Origin: an uncultured Gemmatimonadota bacterium
Lineage (GTDB): Bacteria; Gemmatimonadota; Gemmatimonadetes; Palauibacterales; Palauibacteraceae
Direction: 5' to 3'
DNA: 36,478 nucleotides
Assembly: GCA_964578925.1 (NCBI GenBank)
Contig: CAZOEX010000001.1
Location: 1 to 36,478, forward strand
In this document: one piece after another, positions 25,940 to 34,967 of the stretch
Layout: each line of letters begins with the position of its first letter
How positions within the stretch are numbered: the stretch's first letter is position 1
Position numbers and translations under genes: made by a program
The notes under the pieces: model-generated
What the model was told of the DNA's origin: nothing
What the model saw: the letters and a program-made list of their open reading frames with translations, nothing else
The model's database searches: none

Positions 25940-26146
25940 AGCGACGAGGATCGGAATGATGTCTCCTTCAAGTTGCGAGGCGCCAGTCGACGGCCCGAGG
26001 TGCGTCTCGGTACCGGAAGATGGGGATTACGTTTGAAGGCATTCATATTTCCCTGTCTTGCCGATCGACTCGCCGCCGGCCGCTCCCCGTATACTATGAT
26101 ACATGCAGTTTGGCGCGTCACCGGATACACGAAAGGACGTTTTGCA

Positions 26147-26521
26147 TTGGACCTGAAGATCGAAGGACGCGTGAGGGAGATTCTCGAGGAGCAGTCCGGC
26201 GAGGGACGCAACGGACCCTGGCGGAAGCAGGACTTCATCCTCGAAACCGAGGGCGACTATCCGAAGAAGGTTTGCATCACGCAGTGGGGCGACGACATTG
26301 AAAAGTTCGGTGTGCAGGAAGGTGAGCGGCTGACCGCGCACATCGATCTCCGTAGCCGCGAGTACCAGGGCCGCTGGTACACCGACGTGAAGGCATGGCG
26401 AGTCGAACGGCCGGCCCAGGACACGGGTTCCGGCACGGGACCCGGCAAGGACCCGTTCGGCGTGCCACCGGAGTATCCCGAACCGGTCGATGACGAGGAG
26501 GACGTGGACCTGCCCTTCTGA
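26147..26521 (+). CDS. DUF3127-family protein with a Gly/Pro-rich linker and an SSB-like acidic C-terminal tip
   Basis: LKIEGRVREILEEQSGEGRNGPWRKQDFILETEGDYPKKVCITQWGDDIEKFGVQEGERLTAHIDLRSREYQGRWYTDVKAWRVE is a close match to the DUF3127 pattern. TTG start at 26147 with AAAGGA 9 nt upstream (alternative ATG at 26096). Confidence 0.8.
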   Translation: MDLKIEGRVREILEEQSGEGRNGPWRKQDFILETEGDYPKKVCITQWGDDIEKFGVQEGERLTAHIDLRSREYQGRWYTDVKAWRVERPAQDTGSGTGPGKDPFGVPPEYPEPVDDEEDVDLPF

Positions 26522-27468
26522 TGACCTGGCCGCTGCTGGCCGTCGGCGCCGCCCTCTTCTACGGCCTCCAGGGCGCGTGGACGAAGCGGCTCACCTCGCG
26601 GGTGCCGGCGGTCGTCGCCGCCTGGGCGATCTTCGCCTTCGCCTTCCCACTGCTCGCCGCCTACCTGGCCGTACGGGGCATGCCCGAAGTGCACTCGGTC
26701 TTCTGGCCCGCCCTGTTGACCACCTGCTCGATCGGACTCCTGTCCTTTTATCTGTACGCCTCGGCCATCCAGCGCGGCGAGCTCGGCCTCACCGTGCCCC
26801 TCCTCGCCCTGACGCCGATCCTTCTCGTCCCCGTGGAATGGATGCTTCTGGGGGACGTGCCCGGACTGCGCGGGCTGGGCGGCATCCTCCTGGTCGTAAG
26901 CGGCGTCTACCTGCTCAACCTGCGGGACGTGAGGGGCGGACTTCTCGCTCCTCTCGCGACCCCCTTCCGCGATCCGGGCGCCCGGCGCATGCTCGCCGTC
27001 GCGGCCCTATGGTCGGTGGGCGGGGTGGTCGACAAGATCGCCGTCACGGCGTCCTCGACGGCCTTTTACGGAACGATGCAGACGGCCGTGCTGGGTGTTG
27101 GATTCCTGCCGCTGATCGCCTGGATGCGCGGGCGTGGGACGAGTACCGGAAGAGGGGATTCCGGTCGGGAGAGCGCGCCTCCGGACCCTGACGACAGTGG
27201 ACGCGAACTGGCGACGGGCCCAGCCATCCCGTTTCGACGTCACGGCCCAGGTCTCGCCGTACAGGGAGTCCTGTACGCCGCGATGTTCATCGTGCAGATG
27301 GAGGCGCTACGGCTCACCCTCGCCGCTCACGTGATCACGATCAAGCGGAGCGGCGCGATCGTGACCGTGCTGCTCGGCGCGTTCGCGTTCGGCGAGCGGG
27401 ACCTCTGGCCCCGTCTCGTCGGGACGGCCGTCACCGTGGTGGGCGTGCTGCTGGTGGCGGGCGGATGA
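26521..27468 (+). CDS. EamA-like DMT-superfamily membrane transporter with a charged loop insertion
   Basis: The start ATG shares 1 nt with the DUF3127 stop. About 10 hydrophobic segments. A hydrophilic insertion GRGTSTGRGDSGRESAPPDPDDSGRELATG separates the two halves. Confidence 0.7.
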   Translation: MTWPLLAVGAALFYGLQGAWTKRLTSRVPAVVAAWAIFAFAFPLLAAYLAVRGMPEVHSVFWPALLTTCSIGLLSFYLYASAIQRGELGLTVPLLALTPILLVPVEWMLLGDVPGLRGLGGILLVVSGVYLLNLRDVRGGLLAPLATPFRDPGARRMLAVAALWSVGGVVDKIAVTASSTAFYGTMQTAVLGVGFLPLIAWMRGRGTSTGRGDSGRESAPPDPDDSGRELATGPAIPFRRHGPGLAVQGVLYAAMFIVQMEALRLTLAAHVITIKRSGAIVTVLLGAFAFGERDLWPRLVGTAVTVVGVLLVAGG

Positions 27469-27560
27469 AGATCCCCCTCGAGTTCGCCCGTGCCACGAGT
27501 CCGCGGGAAAATCGTTCTCCCCAGGTGGCGTCGCCGCCTGGGCGACGTGAAGTTCAGAGC

Positions 27561-29198
27561 ATGAGATACGGAACATGCCTCACCGGGCCACTGGCCACGC
27601 TGCTCCTGCCCCTCGTCCTGCTCTCGGCCTGCACGCCCGAGGACGGAGCGGTCGGGCGCGGCGACTCCGGCGCCGTCGTCTCCGGACCCTACGACCTCCT
27701 CATCGGCGGCGGCACGGTGGTCGACGGCACGGGAGGACCCGGCCGCCCGGCCGACATTCTCGTGAGGGACGGCTGCATCGCCTTCGTGGGCGACATCGAC
27801 GAGGACACGATCGAGATGGTGGACGGGGCCGAGCGATTCGACGCCTCCGGCCTCGTCGTCGCCCCCGGCTTCATCGACGCCCACGCGCACGGCGATCCGA
27901 CCGACCCCGACGACCCGCCGTTCCACAACTTCCTCGCCATGGGCGTGACCACGATCGTGCTCGGGCAGGACGGGGGCAGCCCGCGGGCCGCCGAGCTGGC
28001 CGCGCACCTGGATTCGGTCGACGTCGCGGGACCGGCCGTCAACGTGGCGTACCTGGTCGGGCACAACACCATTCGGCGCGAATCGGGCGTCGGCTTCGGC
28101 GACCCGGGCTCCGAGGGTCTGCTGCGCATGTCGAATCTCGTCCGGCGTGGACTCGACGCCGGCGCCTTCGGACTCTCGACGGGCCTCGAGTACGATCCGG
28201 GATCGCGGGCGGGAATCGACGAGCTCGTCGCGATCGCCCGCCCCGTCGGCGAAGTCGGCGGCGTGGTGTCGAGTCACCTGCGCAGCGAGGACGCCGACCG
28301 CGTCGAGGCGGCGCTCGACGAGCTGATCGAGCAGGGCGAGCGCTCGGGGGCCCGGGTCCACGCTTCGCACCTGAAGATCGTGCTGGGGAAGGACACCGTG
28401 CGGGCCGCGTCGCTGCTCGATGCGATGACCCGTGCCGAGGCGCTCGGCGTCGAGGTGACGGCCGACGTCTATCCCTACACCGCGAGCTACACCGGCATCG
28501 GAATCCTCTTTCCCGACTGGGCGAAACCGCCGAACGACTACGAGACCGTGCTGGCCGAACGCCGCGACGACCTCGCCGCCTACCTTCGCGAGCGGGTCGA
28601 GAGCCGCAACGGGCCCGAGGCGACCCTCTTCGGCTCGACCGAGCTGGCCGGACGCACCCTGGCCGCGGTCGCCGAAAAGCGGGGCGTGCCGTTCGAAGAG
28701 GTCCTGATCGAGCTGGGGCCCGACGGGGCCTCGGCCGCCTACTTCGTGATGGACGAGGACGTCATGTCCTGGCTGCTCGAGGATCCCCGCGTGGCGGTCT
28801 CGTCCGACGGCAGTCCCACGATGCAGCATCCCCGCGGCCACGGCGCTTTCGCTCGGGTGATCCGTCGCTACGTGGTCGAGGAGGGGCTGTTCACGATCGA
28901 GGAGGCGGTGCGGAAGATGAGCGGTCTCACCGCATCGATCTTCCGGCTCGACGACCCCGACGTCGTCGACGTGCCGCGCGGCCGACTGCGCACGGGCTGG
29001 GCAGCGGACATCGTGGCCTTCGATCCGGCCGCGGTGAACGATCCGGCCGACTTCGAGCACCCGCACCGTCTCAGTGAGGGGATGAGCGCGGTCTGGGTGA
29101 ATGGACGGCTCGCGCTGCGCGACGGAGAGCCGGTGGCCGAGGGTGGCGACGGCGGGACGGACCGAACCTACGGTAGGGCTCTGCGGGCGCGCTGGTAG
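27561..29198 (+). CDS. N-acyl-D-amino-acid deacylase (D-aminoacylase) family amidohydrolase; lipoprotein
   Basis: ATG at 27561 gives the lipobox LVLLSAC. DLLIGGGTVVDGTGGPGRPADILVRDGCIAFVG, GFIDAHAHGD and the C-terminal GRLRTGWAADIVAFDPAAVNDPADFEHP...VWVNG are family hallmarks. Confidence 0.85.
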   Translation: MRYGTCLTGPLATLLLPLVLLSACTPEDGAVGRGDSGAVVSGPYDLLIGGGTVVDGTGGPGRPADILVRDGCIAFVGDIDEDTIEMVDGAERFDASGLVVAPGFIDAHAHGDPTDPDDPPFHNFLAMGVTTIVLGQDGGSPRAAELAAHLDSVDVAGPAVNVAYLVGHNTIRRESGVGFGDPGSEGLLRMSNLVRRGLDAGAFGLSTGLEYDPGSRAGIDELVAIARPVGEVGGVVSSHLRSEDADRVEAALDELIEQGERSGARVHASHLKIVLGKDTVRAASLLDAMTRAEALGVEVTADVYPYTASYTGIGILFPDWAKPPNDYETVLAERRDDLAAYLRERVESRNGPEATLFGSTELAGRTLAAVAEKRGVPFEEVLIELGPDGASAAYFVMDEDVMSWLLEDPRVAVSSDGSPTMQHPRGHGAFARVIRRYVVEEGLFTIEEAVRKMSGLTASIFRLDDPDVVDVPRGRLRTGWAADIVAFDPAAVNDPADFEHPHRLSEGMSAVWVNGRLALRDGEPVAEGGDGGTDRTYGRALRARW

Positions 29199-29284
29199 GC
29201 TCGCGCCTGGATCGGACTTCGAACTCGCTACCGGCGGATGGCGGCTGCTTAAGGCGTCGGGCACGATGTGCGATGTACCGGGCC

Positions 29285-29482
29285 TTAGCCTGTCGGTCCG
29301 CTCGCATCGTCTGGTTCCCGACCCTCGCGGGCGGTCCGCCCCATCTCGATCAGCCGCCGGCTCGTCTCCGTGAGCGATTCGAGCACCTCGAGCCGCTCCC
29401 GAACGGTCCGCTGGAGCGCCCGGCGAAGCCGGGCCCGGCGGGCTCCTTCCCACGTGGCCGCATCCCAGGGATCAACTGCCAT
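29285..29482 (-). CDS. Small helical, Arg-rich hypothetical protein (65 aa), overlapping the 3' end of the nucleotidyltransferase gene
   Basis: MAVDPWDAATWEGARRARLRRALQRTVRERLEVLESLTETSRRLIEM.... The ATG at 29482 overlaps the upstream stop by 11 nt. Coding status rests on the position and on its non-GC-artefact amino-acid composition. Confidence 0.4.
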   Translation of the reverse strand: MAVDPWDAATWEGARRARLRRALQRTVRERLEVLESLTETSRRLIEMGRTAREGREPDDASGPTG

Positions 29483-30011
29483 CGGCTTCGTCGTCCGGTT
29501 CCGGATCCTGGCCGCGCTCGCGAGCGATCCACCGGAGGTGACGGGCATCGTCCCGGTCCAAAACCCGGCCGGTCGACTCCTTCATCGCGATGAGCGTCTC
29601 GAGCCGGACGAACCGCATTTCCACGCCGGTCGCAATTTCCGAGACGAGAGCCTGGCGGTGCTCTTTCTCGAAATCGAAAGGTTCCGTGACGAAGAGGTCG
29701 ATCGTGGTGTCGCGGTGGTCTTCGCTGACGAGCGAGAAGACCTCCATGTTCTTCTCCGAAATCCACTCTCGACGCCGCTCGGGGTCCGCGAAGGCCTCGG
29801 CCGCAACCGGCAACAACGGCGAATAGCCCAGACTGCCGAGGGCCTCGAGGGCCCGATGAACGTTGTCGGACCCCAGTTGCAGCACCAGATCTAGGTCGTG
29901 AGTGAGGCGCTGATGCCCGTGGGCGTTCACAGCGACGCCCCCGGCTACGAGGTACGCCACTTTGTTGCTCGCGAGAGCCCGCGCCACGGCTTCCAGGGTG
30001 CTGACTTTCAT
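29472..30011 (-). CDS. Minimal nucleotidyltransferase-fold protein (pol-beta superfamily; uncharacterised subfamily)
   Basis: YLVAGGVAVNAHGHQRLTHDLDLVL fits hGG-x9-13-DhDh. The C-terminal FVRLETLIAMKESTGRVLDRDDARHL resembles the conserved helix of small stand-alone NTases. Start at ATG 30011 (alternative 30068). Confidence 0.6.
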   Translation of the reverse strand: MKVSTLEAVARALASNKVAYLVAGGVAVNAHGHQRLTHDLDLVLQLGSDNVHRALEALGSLGYSPLLPVAAEAFADPERRREWISEKNMEVFSLVSEDHRDTTIDLFVTEPFDFEKEHRQALVSEIATGVEMRFVRLETLIAMKESTGRVLDRDDARHLRWIARERGQDPEPDDEADGS

Positions 30012-30242
30012 AGGCGCAAGTACGATAGGTACGTCGACGCCCGATGTCGATGCACTGGGCTCGAACACATGTCACCCGGACGCCCCGCGCCACGCATGAC
30101 TGGATGAGCTCGTCCCCAGGGGCATGTCCAGTCTCGCGTCCGGGATTCGACAAAGAACGAAACCGGACGGAAGTTGGGAGGACGATCGGGCCGAGGGCGC
30201 GAACCCGGACGTGCCGTCCCGCAACGCGACGCCATCGACACC

Positions 30243-31298
30243 ATGCACGCAGATTCCACACTCGCCATCGAGACCAGCGGTCTCCGGAAGAGCTTCGGGT
30301 CGACCCTCGCGGTCGCCGGGATCGATCTGCGCGTACGCGCCGGCACGATCTACGGCCTGCTGGGACCCAACGGCGCGGGCAAGACCACGACGATCCGCAT
30401 GCTGTCGACCCTCATGCGACCGGACGGCGGAACCGCACGCGTGCTTGGCCACGACGTCGTGTGCGACGCGAGCGCCGTGCGATGCCGCATCAGCCTGACC
30501 GGGCAGTTCGCGTCTGTAGACGAGGACTTCTCCGGCGCCGAGAACCTGCGACTGCTCGCCCGGTTGCTGGGCTTCGACCGTCCCGCCGCGCGATCCCGTG
30601 CGGACGAGCTTCTCGAGGCGTTCGGAATCGCGGAGGCGGCCGACCGCCAGGTGCGCGACTATTCCGGCGGGATGCGTCGCCGGCTGGACATCGCGGCGAG
30701 TATCCTCCGGATGCCCGATCTCCTCTTCCTGGACGAGCCCACCACCGGCCTCGATCCGCGAAGCCGCGGGCGGGTCTGGGAGATCATCCGGATGCTCGTG
30801 TCGGCGGGTACGACCGTGCTCCTCACGACGCAGTACCTGGACGAGGCCGACCAGCTCGCCGACCGGATCGCGGTCATCGATCACGGACGGGTCATCGCGG
30901 AGGGCACGAGCGCCGACCTGAAGGCGGAAGTTGGAAGCGGCGTCCTCCACGTCCGTGTGGCCGACCCCGGTCGGCGTCCGGCAGCCCGCGAGCTGCTCTC
31001 CCGCTGGTTCGGTCACGGCGTACACGAGGACGGCGACCCGCGGGCCCTCTCGGCGCAGCTCGCCGATCCGGAACGCGCGGCGCCCGCGGTCACGGCCCTG
31101 ACCGAGGCGGGAATCGCCGTGACCGACTTTTCGCTCGGGCGGCCGAGCCTGGACGAGGTCTTCTTCGCGCTCACGGGGCACACGACCGGAGAGCACGAGG
31201 TCGTCGACTATGCCGTCGACGGTACCGACGCAGAGCCCGAGCGCAGGGACGCACGTGAGAGGTCGAAGCATCGCACCGAATACGAGGGGGGCCCGTGA
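30243..31298 (+). CDS. ABC transporter ATP-binding protein (DrrA/ABC-2 exporter type)
   Basis: Walker [11 protein letters not shown]-loop, signature YSGGMRRRL, Walker [13 protein letters not shown]. 351 aa from the ATG at 30243, with a C-terminal extension typical of DrrA-like proteins. Confidence 0.9.
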   Translation: MHADSTLAIETSGLRKSFGSTLAVAGIDLRVRAGTIYGLLGPNGAGKTTTIRMLSTLMRPDGGTARVLGHDVVCDASAVRCRISLTGQFASVDEDFSGAENLRLLARLLGFDRPAARSRADELLEAFGIAEAADRQVRDYSGGMRRRLDIAASILRMPDLLFLDEPTTGLDPRSRGRVWEIIRMLVSAGTTVLLTTQYLDEADQLADRIAVIDHGRVIAEGTSADLKAEVGSGVLHVRVADPGRRPAARELLSRWFGHGVHEDGDPRALSAQLADPERAAPAVTALTEAGIAVTDFSLGRPSLDEVFFALTGHTTGEHEVVDYAVDGTDAEPERRDARERSKHRTEYEGGP

Positions 31299-32107
31299 AC
31301 CTTCCGGATCGATCGACACTCCTCCCGCCGGCCGGCGCCGCGTCCGCGCCCGCCGGAGCGCTGTCGCAGACGCTCACCTTCGCCTGGCGGGCCCTGCTCA
31401 AGATCAAACATACGCCGGAGCAGCTCTTCGACGTGGTCGTGACACCGATCATGTTCACGGTGCTGTTCACCTACATGTTCGGTGGCGCCGTCATGGGAAG
31501 CCCCGACGACTACCTGCAGTTCCTGCTTCCGGGCATTCTCGTCCAGACGGTCATCTTCACGACGGTGTACACGGGCTTCACCCTCAACACGGACATTTCG
31601 AAGGGAATCTTCGACCGCTTCCGCTCGATGCCCCTCTGGGAGCCCGCGCCGCTCGTGGGCGCGATGGTCGGCGACACGTTTCGCTACACCGTGTCGTCGG
31701 TGATCGTGATGGTGGTCGGCTTCCTTCTGGGCTATCGGCCGGCGACCGGGCTCCTCGGGATCGTGCTGTCGATCGCGCTGCTCAACCTGTTCGCCTTCGG
31801 TCTCGGTTGGATCTTCACGGCGCTCGGCCTGGTGCTCAAGACGCCCGGCACCGTGATGACGCTGAGCTGGACGGTGCTCATGCCGCTCACGTTCGTATCC
31901 AACATCTACGTCACGATCGACACGATGCCCGGATGGCTCCAGGAGATCGTGAGAGCGAACCCCGTGACCCACATCGTGACGGCCGTCCGCGGCCTCCTGG
32001 ATGGTGCCGTGACGCTCGACGTGATCGGCCTCAGCCTGGTCGGGCCGACGATCGTGACCGCGCTCGTCGCGCCGCTGGCGCTGGCGCTCTACCGGCGGGA
32101 ACGATGA
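31295..32107 (+). CDS. ABC-2-type transporter permease (DrrB-like)
   Basis: GTGA overlap with the ATPase stop. [34 protein letters not shown] and six hydrophobic segments. Confidence 0.85.
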   Translation: MNLPDRSTLLPPAGAASAPAGALSQTLTFAWRALLKIKHTPEQLFDVVVTPIMFTVLFTYMFGGAVMGSPDDYLQFLLPGILVQTVIFTTVYTGFTLNTDISKGIFDRFRSMPLWEPAPLVGAMVGDTFRYTVSSVIVMVVGFLLGYRPATGLLGIVLSIALLNLFAFGLGWIFTALGLVLKTPGTVMTLSWTVLMPLTFVSNIYVTIDTMPGWLQEIVRANPVTHIVTAVRGLLDGAVTLDVIGLSLVGPTIVTALVAPLALALYRRER

Positions 32108-32505
32108 GTCCCGGCCCGGTCGATCGGATCCGTGCGCTCGACGGACGCTGGAGGGAAGCCGCGGTCCGGCACGATCTCGATGCCATGATGTCGATCTACG
32201 CGGAGGACGCCCGCGAGCTACTGCCCGGGATGCCCCCCATCGTCGGGATCGAGGCCATCCGGGAGTTCTACGCCGGCTTGATCGAGGAATACCCGCGCTT
32301 CGAGCATGAATTCGAAATAGCCGAGATCATCGTGACGGATTCCGGCGACCTCGCGGTGACCCGCGGCACCTACCGGTTTACGCCCGATGGCCGGCGACGT
32401 GACGAGTACGAATCGGGGAAGTATGTCGGCGTATGGCGGAAGCGAGACGGCGAATGGCGCCTCTACCTCAACATATCCAACTCCGGCGCGGCGATGTCGG
32501 GCTGA
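32104..32505 (+). CDS. NTF2-like fold protein (SnoaL/DUF4440-like)
   Basis: ATGA overlap with the permease stop. 133 aa. The pattern W.EA..HDLDAMMSIYAEDA....PG.P...G.EAIREFY ... GKYVGVWRKRDGEWRL is typical of DUF4440/SnoaL-like proteins. Confidence 0.7.
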   Translation: MSPGPVDRIRALDGRWREAAVRHDLDAMMSIYAEDARELLPGMPPIVGIEAIREFYAGLIEEYPRFEHEFEIAEIIVTDSGDLAVTRGTYRFTPDGRRRDEYESGKYVGVWRKRDGEWRLYLNISNSGAAMSG

Positions 32506-32566
32506 CGGACTGGCATCCGGCGGCTCCCGTGCCGACCTTGGTCGTGATTCCCAGCCGGAGAGACGT

Positions 32567-33769
32567 ATGCGAATCCTGATCGTAGGTGCGGGACCGACGG
32601 GCGCGGCGCTCTCGTTCCTGCTCGCCCGCCGCGGGATCGAAGTCGTGCTCCTGGAACGCGAAGTCGGGTTCGATCGCGTGTTTCGGGGCGAGGCCCTCAT
32701 GCCGAGCGGGGTCGAGGCGATCGAGCAGATGGGGCTGCGAGAGCAGTTCGAGCGACTCCCGAAGCGCGTCGTCGGGTGCATGGAATTCTACGTCGACGGA
32801 ACTCGCGTCGTTCGCGCCAACTGGCCGGAAGTTGCCGGGCCGAATGCCGTCCACGTGGTGTCACAGCCGGCCTTGCTCGAGATGTTGACCCGGGCCGCGG
32901 CCGTTCATCCCGGCTTCGAGCTGCGGATGGGATCGCTGGTTCGGCACGTCGAGGTCACCGGCGATGGCGTGAAGCTGCTCGTTCAGTGCTCCGGGGCGGA
33001 GCACGAGCTCCGGGGAGACTTCGTCGTGGGGGCCGACGGACGCAGTTCCGTGGTGCGCGCCCGGGCGGGCCTCTCGCTCGAGCGTCTGCCTTTCCCGTTC
33101 GACGTCGCCTGGTTCTCGCTGCCCGTGTCGCCCGACCAGCGCGACGATCCCCGGTTCGTGGCGTACTCACGAAAGGGAAGATCCGTCGGACTGTATCCAT
33201 CGTGGGACGACCGGCTCCGGGTGGGTCTCAACGTCCCCATGGGAAGCGCAGGCCGGCACTCGGCGTCGCTCGGGACCGATTTGCTCGAGGACGCCGCGGC
33301 GACGGTCGGCGAACCGTACGCGTCGTTCTTTCGAGATCATGCCGGCGAAGTGGCCGATCCGGTGGTGTTCAAGATCCTGTTCGGCCGCTGCAGGCGCTGG
33401 TCCGCGCCGCGCCTGATGCTGCTGGGAGACGCGGCGCATCCGATGTCTCCGATCCGTGCCCAGGGCATCAACCTCGCCCTGCGCGACGCGATCGTGGCCG
33501 CGAATCACCTTGTTCCGGCCATTCGATCCGGTCGCATCGAGGCCCTCGAGTCCGCGGTCGGCCGGATCCACGCCGAGAGGGCGCCCGAAATCGAGCAGTC
33601 GCAGCGTTACCAGGTAGCCCTGGCCGAGCCGCCCCCTCCCGCGCGCTCGCCCCTCCTGCGCGCGACCCTCCTTCCCCTGCTCCGGCGTGTCGGAGTGGTG
33701 AAGCGCCTCTTCCTGAAGGCGGAGATCCCGCTGCGTCACGGAGTAGTTCCGGTCGAGCTCGAGGTCTGA
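32567..33769 (+). CDS. FAD-dependent aromatic-ring monooxygenase (UbiH/PheA-TfdB family)
   Basis: MRILIVGAGPTGAALSFLLARRGIEVVLLE (GxGxxG), VVGADGRSSVVR (DG motif), LLGDAAHPMSPIRAQGINLALRDA (GD motif). Confidence 0.9.
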   Translation: MRILIVGAGPTGAALSFLLARRGIEVVLLEREVGFDRVFRGEALMPSGVEAIEQMGLREQFERLPKRVVGCMEFYVDGTRVVRANWPEVAGPNAVHVVSQPALLEMLTRAAAVHPGFELRMGSLVRHVEVTGDGVKLLVQCSGAEHELRGDFVVGADGRSSVVRARAGLSLERLPFPFDVAWFSLPVSPDQRDDPRFVAYSRKGRSVGLYPSWDDRLRVGLNVPMGSAGRHSASLGTDLLEDAAATVGEPYASFFRDHAGEVADPVVFKILFGRCRRWSAPRLMLLGDAAHPMSPIRAQGINLALRDAIVAANHLVPAIRSGRIEALESAVGRIHAERAPEIEQSQRYQVALAEPPPPARSPLLRATLLPLLRRVGVVKRLFLKAEIPLRHGVVPVELEV

Positions 33770-33840
33770 CGGACCGGACGTCGGCGAACCACCCTCGTAC
33801 GTCGAAGTCGGGGGTTGCCGGGAGAGGGAAGTGTCATCGA

Positions 33841-34956
33841 CTACTCGCGGCTCAGCACGGCCATCGCCCTCGTCGTCCAGCTCTCGCCTCCGTCCGAGGA
33901 AAGCTCCGTTTCCCGAATCAACAGATCGCCGTCTCGTCGCCAGGTCATCCGACGGGCGGCTCCGCCGGCCCCTGCGTCTCCTTCGACCGTGCGAAGCGCT
34001 GTCGCCGCTCCCTCGTCGGGTGCCTCGCCTTCCCAGCGAACGAGACGGAGTTCGTCCCGTGACAGCGAGTACTGGACCCAACCGTCCTCGGCCGGCACGA
34101 AGGACCGTACGAAAAATCGCTTCGATTCGTCGGTTTCCTCGCCCTGCTCGCTTCCAGCGATGACGTGGTCGACGATCGCGCAGCCCTCGAGGATGGACCA
34201 GCTCCGCATGCTGATCGGGCGGGTGCGCTCGACTTCACCTTCGCCGTCGTACGAGTCCTCCTCGCCGACCCACTCCCCGATGAGGAAGTCGTAGCCGCGG
34301 AACGCGTCGTTCGGACATCGGTCGGTCGTCCGGGACCGTCCGTGGGCGGACATGTCGCCGGTCCGCTCCTCACGGGGTGTGAACCGCATGGCCCAGAACG
34401 GAGTCCACGGGCCGCCTCTCGTGTCAGCTCGCGCCCCTTCCCATTTCGGCTCACCGCTTTCCGTTCCGGTGAATCGATAGCGCACGAAGCCGCCTCGCCC
34501 CTCGAAGACGAAGTCACCGACGCCGTCCTCGAACCGTCCGTCGATCTCGAAGAACGTCGGCGCGCCGGGAGCCGGCCAGTTGAGCAGCACGTGCCAGCGC
34601 TCGGTGTCGGGGTTCCAGGCCCGCAGGCTGAATCCGAGAACGTGTCGGTCCGGCACGAGACGGCCCTCCCAGTGCTCGACGATGCCGCAGCCGTCGAGGA
34701 TCGGATGAACCTCCGCCGTCGCCGTCCCGGTATCGTACAGGATGGTGTCGTCCGGAGTGGCCGGGTTCGTCTGGCGGTTGTGGACCTCCCACTCGCCGAC
34801 CCAGAAGTCGAATTTCCGGTGTTCCGGTTGGCGGCAGTGCGAAGCCGCGACTCCCGCCCTTCCCGATTCGAGCTGCCAGGCGCCCAGGCCGAGCGGCAGC
34901 AAAGCTGCCAGCGTGACGAGGATCGGCACCAATTTGCAGCGACTCACGAACTCCAT
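33841..34956 (-). CDS. Secreted hypothetical protein made of two tandem copies of an uncharacterised (F/Y)DF(W/L)xGEW ... ILxGCxIVxH domain
   Basis: ATG at 34956 gives the signal-like MEFVSRCKLVPILVTLAALLPLGLGAW. Repeat 1: C..PEHRKFDFWVGEWEV...ILDGCGIVEHWEG. Repeat 2: CPNDAFRGYDFLIGEWVG...ILEGCAIVDHVIAG. Confidence 0.6.
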   Translation of the reverse strand: MEFVSRCKLVPILVTLAALLPLGLGAWQLESGRAGVAASHCRQPEHRKFDFWVGEWEVHNRQTNPATPDDTILYDTGTATAEVHPILDGCGIVEHWEGRLVPDRHVLGFSLRAWNPDTERWHVLLNWPAPGAPTFFEIDGRFEDGVGDFVFEGRGGFVRYRFTGTESGEPKWEGARADTRGGPWTPFWAMRFTPREERTGDMSAHGRSRTTDRCPNDAFRGYDFLIGEWVGEEDSYDGEGEVERTRPISMRSWSILEGCAIVDHVIAGSEQGEETDESKRFFVRSFVPAEDGWVQYSLSRDELRLVRWEGEAPDEGAATALRTVEGDAGAGGAARRMTWRRDGDLLIRETELSSDGGESWTTRAMAVLSRE

Positions 34957-34967
34957 CGCGTCTCTCC

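Noticed and set aside
25940-25975. A strong SD-like GAAGGAGA 25 nt upstream of the BNR gene's GTG, followed in frame by ATC ATT (a possible non-canonical start)
   Set aside because: ATC/ATT initiation is rare, and I have no evidence beyond spacing. I noted it only as start-codon uncertainty for that gene.
30075-30211. Three copies of CCGGACG in the divergent region upstream of the ABC transporter, as a possible operator array
   Set aside because: A GC-rich 7-mer at irregular spacing (about 88 and about 43 nt) is expected by chance in this composition.
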